Shown here one piece after another: positions 44,363 to 48,799 of a stretch of DNA of 48,799 bases. The stretch is from Kiritimatiellia bacterium (GTDB lineage Bacteria; Verrucomicrobiota; Kiritimatiellia; RFP12; UBA1067): assembly GCA_016302985.1 (NCBI GenBank), contig JAEDMN010000002.1, forward strand, positions 1 to 48,799, written 5' to 3'. Position 1 is the first letter of the stretch; each line of letters opens with the position of its first letter. A model generated the notes under the pieces. The model was not told the DNA's origin and did no database searches. It worked only from the letters and a program-made list of their open reading frames with translations. Made by a program: the position numbers and the translations under genes.

Positions 44363-45997
44363 ATGAGAAACGGACTTTTTCTGCTGGCGGCGGGCTTCGC
44401 GTGCTCGGTTCTCGCGGGCACGGCCACCGTGAAGATGGCTCCCGGCGAGAACTGGTGGGGCGCCGCGAACTTCTTCGGCGCGAAGATGCCGTTCACTGAG
44501 AAGACGGATCTGGAAATCGACCTCCGGCGGAACAACTACCACAACCAGTGCGCGTCCTTCCTGCTGTCGGACCGGGGGCGCGTGGTGTGGGCGGACGCCC
44601 AGGCGAAGTTCACGCTGAAGAACGGCGAAATCGCGGTCGAGGCCGCCTCCGACATCGTCGTCGAGCAGGGCGGCGCGTCGCTCCCCGAGGCGTACCGCCA
44701 CGCGATGCGCACGTGGTTCCCCGCGAGCGGGAAGATGCCCGACCCGCTCTTCTTCAGCGCGCCCCAGATCAACACCTGGATCGAGCTGACCTACCACCAG
44801 AACGAGAAGGACATCCTCGCCTACGCGCAGTCCATGCTGGACAACGGCGTGCCGGCCGGCGTGCTGATGATCGACGACACCTGGCAGGCCGGCTACGGCG
44901 ACTGGCGCTTCGAGCCGACCCGTTTCCGGGACCCGAAGGGGATGGTGGACAGGCTCCACGGCATGGGCTACAAGGTCATGCTGTGGATGTGCCCGTACGT
45001 GGGCATGGACCTGCCGGCCTTCCGCCGCATCGCGTGGGGCGTCAACCCGGACGACGTGCGGGGCTATCCGCGGAAGGGCGGCTTCTTCACCGTCAAGGGC
45101 TCGAAGCCCGCCCGGAACGGCCGCATCGACGCGAAGCCGTGCCTCTGGTGGAACGGCATCTCCGCGTTCCTCGACTTCTCGCATCCGAACGCGAACGCCT
45201 GGTTCGCGGAGACGCTGGACGGCCTCGCGCGCGACTACGGCGTGGACGGCTTCAAGCTCGACGGCGCGGACCTCTCCGCCTACCTGCTCGACGACCGCGA
45301 CGCGTCCGACCCGCAGGCCACCTGCGGCTCTCTCAATAACGGCTATGCCGCCTACGCGCTCAAGTACCCGTTCTGCGAGATCCGCAACCTCTGGCGCATG
45401 CAGCAGATGCCCGTGGTCGTGCGCCTGCACGACAAGCCGCACACCTACGAGGCGCTGCGGCGCATCGTGGCGGACATGATCGGCGCCGGCCTGATCGGCC
45501 AGCCGTTCATCTGCCCGGACATGGTCGGCGGCGGCGAGTGGACGACGTTCATCCCCGGTTCCCCGTTCGATCCCGAGCTCTTCGTGCGCAGCGCCCAGAT
45601 CCACGCCCTCTGCCCGATGATGCAGTTCTCCGCCTCCCCGTGGCGCGTGCTGGACGCGGAGAAGCAGAAGATCGTCCGCGACACGGTCGCCCTGCGCCAG
45701 AAGTTCGCGCCGGCGATCGTCGCCCTCGCGCGGAAGGCGGCCGCCGACGGCGAGCCGATTCTCCGCAACCTCGAGTACAACTACCCGGGCCAGGGCTACG
45801 CGGCGGTCATCGACCAGTTCATGATGGGCACGGACCTGCTCGTCGCGCCGCAGATGGACAAGGGCGCGGCGTCCCGCCCCGTCGTCGTCCCGCCCGGCAC
45901 GTGGAAGGCGGACGACGGCACGGTCGTCGTCGGCCCGAAGACGATCACCGTCCAGACGCCCCTCGCGCGCCTGCCGCACTTCGTGAAGGCCAACTAA
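44363..45997 (+). CDS. Secreted TIM-barrel glycoside hydrolase, GH31-like
   Basis: Signal peptide MRNGLFLLAAGFACSVLAGTA. Motifs: LMIDDTWQAGYGDWRFEPTRFRDPKGMVDRLHGMGYKVMLWMCPYV, DYGVDGFKLDGAD. The family call is from motif recall, and the protein is shorter than typical GH31. Confidence 0.65.
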   Translation: MRNGLFLLAAGFACSVLAGTATVKMAPGENWWGAANFFGAKMPFTEKTDLEIDLRRNNYHNQCASFLLSDRGRVVWADAQAKFTLKNGEIAVEAASDIVVEQGGASLPEAYRHAMRTWFPASGKMPDPLFFSAPQINTWIELTYHQNEKDILAYAQSMLDNGVPAGVLMIDDTWQAGYGDWRFEPTRFRDPKGMVDRLHGMGYKVMLWMCPYVGMDLPAFRRIAWGVNPDDVRGYPRKGGFFTVKGSKPARNGRIDAKPCLWWNGISAFLDFSHPNANAWFAETLDGLARDYGVDGFKLDGADLSAYLLDDRDASDPQATCGSLNNGYAAYALKYPFCEIRNLWRMQQMPVVVRLHDKPHTYEALRRIVADMIGAGLIGQPFICPDMVGGGEWTTFIPGSPFDPELFVRSAQIHALCPMMQFSASPWRVLDAEKQKIVRDTVALRQKFAPAIVALARKAAADGEPILRNLEYNYPGQGYAAVIDQFMMGTDLLVAPQMDKGAASRPVVVPPGTWKADDGTVVVGPKTITVQTPLARLPHFVKAN

Positions 45998-46010
45998 CCG
46001 GGGACCGTTC

Positions 46011-46865
46011 TTGCTCGCGCTTCTCAAGAGACTCCGCCTGGGCGGCCGCATCTGCCTCGCCGTGATCGCGGCCTACTTCGCGCTCGCCGTGTACGGCGAG
46101 GTGCAGTACCGCGTCGCGAAGGCCCGCGACGTCACGCCGTCCTACAACGTCGTCCACGAGGACGCACGCTACCAGCCGCCGTCCGCCGCCCACTGGATGG
46201 GCACGGACAACCTGGGCCGCGACGTCGCGCAGCGCCTCGTGCAGGGCTCCCGCATCGCGTTCCACGTGGGCATCATGACGTCCCTGATCGCGATCCCGCT
46301 CGGCGTCCTGCTGGGCCTGCTCGGCGGCTACTTCGGCGGGAAGACCGACTCGGTGGTCGTCTGGCTCTGCGCGACCGTCGCCTCCATGCCGGGCCTCCTC
46401 TTCATCCTCGCGATCTCGATGGTGGTGGGGCAGGGCATCCTGGGCATCTACCTCGGCATCGGCCTGACGACCTGGGTGGGCGTCTGCCGCACGATCCGCG
46501 CCGAGGTGATGAAGCACCGCGACCGCGCGTACGTGCAGGCCGCCCGCGTGCTGGGCTACTCGCCGCTGCGCATCATGTTCCGGCACATCCTTCCGAACGT
46601 CGCGCACATCATCCTGATCCAGTTCTCGATCCGCTTCCCGGGCGCCGTCGCGACGGAGGTCTTCATCTCCTTCCTCGGCATCGGCGTGCAGGGCGAGCCG
46701 AGCTGGGGCATCATGATCAACAACGCGCGCCTCCGCCTCTGGCAGGGCATCTGGTGGGAGATGACGTTCGTCTCGCTCGCGATCTTCACGCTCGTGCTGG
46801 TCTTCAACCACCTGGCCGACGAGCTGCGCGACCTGCTCGACCCCGCGCTCCGAAACGAACGCTGA
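46011..46865 (+). CDS. ABC transporter permease, OppC/DppC type
   Basis: TTG start. HWMGTDNLGRDVAQRL N-terminal block, and the EAA-like loop YVQAARVLGYSPLRIMFRHILPN. Confidence 0.85.
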   Translation: MLALLKRLRLGGRICLAVIAAYFALAVYGEVQYRVAKARDVTPSYNVVHEDARYQPPSAAHWMGTDNLGRDVAQRLVQGSRIAFHVGIMTSLIAIPLGVLLGLLGGYFGGKTDSVVVWLCATVASMPGLLFILAISMVVGQGILGIYLGIGLTTWVGVCRTIRAEVMKHRDRAYVQAARVLGYSPLRIMFRHILPNVAHIILIQFSIRFPGAVATEVFISFLGIGVQGEPSWGIMINNARLRLWQGIWWEMTFVSLAIFTLVLVFNHLADELRDLLDPALRNER

Positions 46866-46885
46866 CGTGTTCCGCTTCCTGCTCG

Positions 46886-46930
46886 GTCCGGCCGGCCGCG
46901 AGGCCCGGCCGGACTCCCCCCCGGGGGGAA
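46886..46930 (+). terminator. GC-rich hairpins after the permease gene (possible terminator, no U-tract)
   Basis: GTCCGGCCGG, 9-nt loop, CCGGCCGGAC, then a C7/G6 palindrome. Confidence 0.3.
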
Positions 46931-46957
46931 ATTCCGCGTGCGCGGCTTCGGCGAAAA

Positions 46958-46966
46958 TGGTAGACT
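46958..46966 (+). promoter_or_regulatory. Extended -10 box TGGTAGACT for the isomerase gene
   Basis: 49 nt upstream of ATG 47016. The leader has an AAAGGATCGAAG SD region. Confidence 0.45.
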
Positions 46967-47015
46967 AGGGAAAACTGTGTGGGACGGTTCCTGCGCGAAG
47001 AAAGGATCGAAGAAG

Positions 47016-48389
47016 ATGGCGAAGAAATTCAAGATCGGCTACATGCCGCTCTCCAAGGTCAACTGGACGAACGACACGCTCGAGGCGGCGCGCGCGAACG
47101 CGCTCAAGTTCCTCCAGTCGCTTCCCGACGTCGAGGTCGTCGGCCCCGACCACATGCTGACGCTCGAGGGCGAGGCGGTCGAGCTGCTGGAGCAGTTCGA
47201 GAAGGAGCGCCCGGACCTGCTCATCACGCACTTCATGACGTTCTCGCTCGGCGTCGTGCCGCCGATGTTCGCGCAGCGTCTCAACGTGCCGGTCGTGCTC
47301 TGGAGCATGAAGGAGCCCGACCCGCAGGGCGGCCGCCTGCAGAACAACAGCTTCTGCGCGGCGAACATGAACGCGCACCACATGTACCGCCTGCACATCC
47401 CGTACTTCCACGTGCACGCCGAGCCGGGCACGCAGGACGCCGCGGACAAGATCACGAAGGTCGTCAACACGGCCAAGGCGATGAAGCAGCTCCACGAGAT
47501 GCGCATCGGCCTCATCGGCGGCCGCGTGCCGGGCTTCTATACGAGCTGCGTGAGCGAGATGCTGCTCCGCCGCACCCTCGGTCCCGAAGTCAAGATCATC
47601 ACCGAGCACGAGCTCTTCACGGTTGCGCAGAACCTCACGGCCGACGAGGTCGCGAAGGGAATGGCGATCATCGACGAGGACACGAAGACGCACCCGACGG
47701 ACGGCCCGCGCGGCGACCAGAAGGAGAAGAGCGCCCGCCTCATCGCGGCCGTCATGAAGCTGAAGGACAAGTTCTTCGTCGACACCTTCGCGATGCGCTG
47801 CTGGCCCGAGGTCATCCTCAACGAGTTCTACGGCATCGCCGTCTGCTCGACGCTCGGCCACCTCACGAACCACGGCTTCCTCACCGCCTGCGAGGGCGAC
47901 GTGTACGGCGCCGTCATGATGCGCATCGGCCAGACGCTCTCCGGCGAGAAGCCGTTCTTCTGCGACATGATCGTGATGGAGGGCGACTACGGCGTCGCGT
48001 GGCACTGCGGCGCGGCCCCGTGCTCGCTCTGCAAGCCCGGCTACCAGCCCGAGCTCCACTGCTCGGCCACGGTCGAGGGCGGCGGCGTGAAGGGCTGCAC
48101 CGGCGAGTTCCCGCTCAAGCCCGGCCGCGTCACGCTGGCCCGCCTCGGCGAGACGCGCGACGGCGACGGCTTCCGCATGCTCGTTGCGACGGGCGAAGGC
48201 CTCGACACGGACATGTTCGTGCGCGGCACGCCGCTCAAGATCAAGTTCGACGCCGGCTGCGACGCGCTGCGCGAGGAGGTGATCAACAACGGCTGGGAGC
48301 ACCACTACGCGCTCATGTACGGCGACCACGTGGACGAGCTCAAGGACCTCTGCCGCAACCTCGGCATCGAGATGCACCTGGTTCGCTAG
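47016..48389 (+). CDS. L-fucose/L-arabinose isomerase family protein
   Basis: ORF 46938..48389; the internal ATG 47016 (MAKKFKIGYMPL) follows an SD. Overall resemblance to sugar isomerases of the FucI/AraA superfamily (RIGLIGGRVPGFYT, TACEGDVYGAV, GVAWHCGAAP). Substrate unknown. Confidence 0.7.
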   Translation: MAKKFKIGYMPLSKVNWTNDTLEAARANALKFLQSLPDVEVVGPDHMLTLEGEAVELLEQFEKERPDLLITHFMTFSLGVVPPMFAQRLNVPVVLWSMKEPDPQGGRLQNNSFCAANMNAHHMYRLHIPYFHVHAEPGTQDAADKITKVVNTAKAMKQLHEMRIGLIGGRVPGFYTSCVSEMLLRRTLGPEVKIITEHELFTVAQNLTADEVAKGMAIIDEDTKTHPTDGPRGDQKEKSARLIAAVMKLKDKFFVDTFAMRCWPEVILNEFYGIAVCSTLGHLTNHGFLTACEGDVYGAVMMRIGQTLSGEKPFFCDMIVMEGDYGVAWHCGAAPCSLCKPGYQPELHCSATVEGGGVKGCTGEFPLKPGRVTLARLGETRDGDGFRMLVATGEGLDTDMFVRGTPLKIKFDAGCDALREEVINNGWEHHYALMYGDHVDELKDLCRNLGIEMHLVR

Positions 48390-48412
48390 CCCCTGAAAAA
48401 TTAATTCAAATT

Positions 48413-48434
48413 CCCCCTTGCCAAGACAAGGGGG
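48413..48434 (+). terminator. Hairpin terminator after the isomerase gene
   Basis: CCCCCTTG, 6-nt loop, CAAGGGGG, then TTCTGAT (short U-tract). Confidence 0.5.
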
Positions 48435-48437
48435 TTC

Positions 48438-48446
48438 TGATAAACT
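48438..48446 (+). promoter_or_regulatory. Extended -10 box TGATAAACT, 8 nt before ATG 48455 (leaderless geometry)
   Basis: The box abuts the preceding hairpin. ACTGAGCC separates the box from the ATG. Confidence 0.45.
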
Positions 48447-48454
48447 ACTGAGCC

Positions 48455-48553
48455 ATGGGACAGCAACTTAGACAGCGTGCCAAGCGGAACCGTCGGAAGG
48501 CCTACGAAAAGCGCCTCCACGCGCGGCTCCTCGCGGCGAAGAAGGCCAAGTAA
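48455..48553 (+). CDS. 32-aa highly basic small protein (hypothetical); not in the ORF track
   Basis: MGQQLRQRAKRNRRKAYEKRLHARLLAAKKAK*. It sits in the same box-to-ATG geometry as the other leaderless genes, 19 nt upstream of tRNA-Cys. I do not recognise a family. Confidence 0.4.
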   Translation: MGQQLRQRAKRNRRKAYEKRLHARLLAAKKAK

Positions 48554-48572
48554 GGCTTTCGAATCAATTTAA

Positions 48573-48646
48573 GGTGGGGTGGCCGAGCGGTCAGGCAGAG
48601 GACTGCAAATCCTCGTACGGCGGTTCAACTCCGTCCCTCACCTCCA
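48573..48646 (+). tRNA. tRNA-Cys (anticodon GCA)
   Basis: Hand-folded cloverleaf. 7-bp acceptor stem (one G-U). Anticodon stem GAGGA/TCCTC with loop CTGCAAA. 4-nt variable loop. T-arm GGCGG-TTCAACT-CCGTC. Discriminator U (a Cys identity element) and encoded CCA. 74 nt. Confidence 0.9.
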
Positions 48647-48662
48647 ATAAAAGACAGGGAAT

Positions 48663-48687
48663 CCTGGGCGCAAGCCCAGGGTTTTTT
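48663..48687 (+). terminator. Rho-independent terminator after tRNA-Cys
   Basis: CCTGGGC, GCAA loop, GCCCAGG, then GTTTTTTG. Confidence 0.85.
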
Positions 48688-48694
48688 GTCGTTG

Positions 48695-48799
48695 TGCAAG
48701 ACTCTGATGCCCCGGGCCCGAAAGGGCCCGTGCGCAGACCCCCTCCGGGGCATCAGAGTTTTGCACCCGGCCTCCGGTGCGGCCCGGGGCATCAGAGTT
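48695..48799. repeat. Inverted plus direct repeats of a GGGGCATCAGAGTT-containing unit, truncated by the window edge
   Basis: The 21-nt arms TGCAAGACTCTGATGCCCCGG (48695-48715) and CCGGGGCATCAGAGTTTTGCA (48745-48765) are reverse complements with 1 mismatch. A third copy, CCGGGGCATCAGAGTT (48784-48799), is direct to the second arm. An inner GGGCCC-GAAA-GGGCCC hairpin lies at 48714-48729. Confidence 0.7.

Overview
This is a GC-rich bacterial chromosomal window. Third codon positions are almost all G/C, so every real gene is shadowed by long spurious antisense or off-frame ORFs. No searches were run; all family calls rest on motifs I can read in the translations. I can support about 44 protein genes, 1 tRNA, several intrinsic terminators and a recurring promoter box.

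Layout:
(1) 1-8.2 kb: three secreted multi-domain carbohydrate-active enzymes (LamG+GH127-like, SGNH/CE12+GH26-like, GH2+BNR propeller), each apparently its own transcription unit.
(2) 8.2-10.4 kb: ybgC-like thioesterase, trmB, queD, queE.
(3) 10.6-15.5 kb: a short dcw cluster (mraZ, rsmH, ftsL-like, ftsI, murE) that stops after a MurE lacking its N-terminal domain.
(4) 15.5-20.6 kb: a compact lipid module (lipoprotein, chain-length-factor-like KS domain protein, PlsC-type acyltransferase, lipoprotein, KAS III), then apt and an RNA m5U methyltransferase.
(5) 20.6-27.3 kb: a membrane acyltransferase (minus strand), a 1145-aa secreted CotH-like protein, a LUD-domain protein and a membrane metallophosphoesterase.
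(6) 27.3-39.3 kb, minus strand: nine tightly coupled genes, ftsH, folP, cdaA, a truncated cdaR-like ORF, ftsK, a rodZ-like gene, mcsA-like, a degenerate mcsB-like gene and clpC.
(7) 39.4-48.4 kb: argF, a divergent pyrB-like transcarbamylase, DUF975, a Tat metallophosphoesterase, two Opp/Dpp-type permease genes split by a GH31-like gene, and a fucose/arabinose-isomerase-family gene.
(8) 48.4-48.8 kb: a 32-codon very basic ORF, tRNA-Cys(GCA), a strong terminator and an inverted/direct repeat cluster cut by the window edge.

Most notable observations:
- An extended -10 box, TGnTAnACT, sits in front of 13 transcription units. In 7 cases it lies only 6-8 nt from the ATG, which implies leaderless mRNAs (including ftsH).
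- The McsB-like protein appears to have lost its kinase core, inside a division / c-di-AMP / proteostasis operon.
- MurE has no N-terminal domain, and the dcw cluster is truncated.
- The lipid module has no carrier-protein, reductase or dehydratase genes.
- Two phased short-repeat arrays: GTGGGG x5 at 10-11 bp upstream of mraZ, and AATGTG x6 at exactly 8 bp upstream of the GH31-like gene.

Taxonomic guess (weak inference from gene content only): a PVC-group or similar glycan-degrading bacterium.
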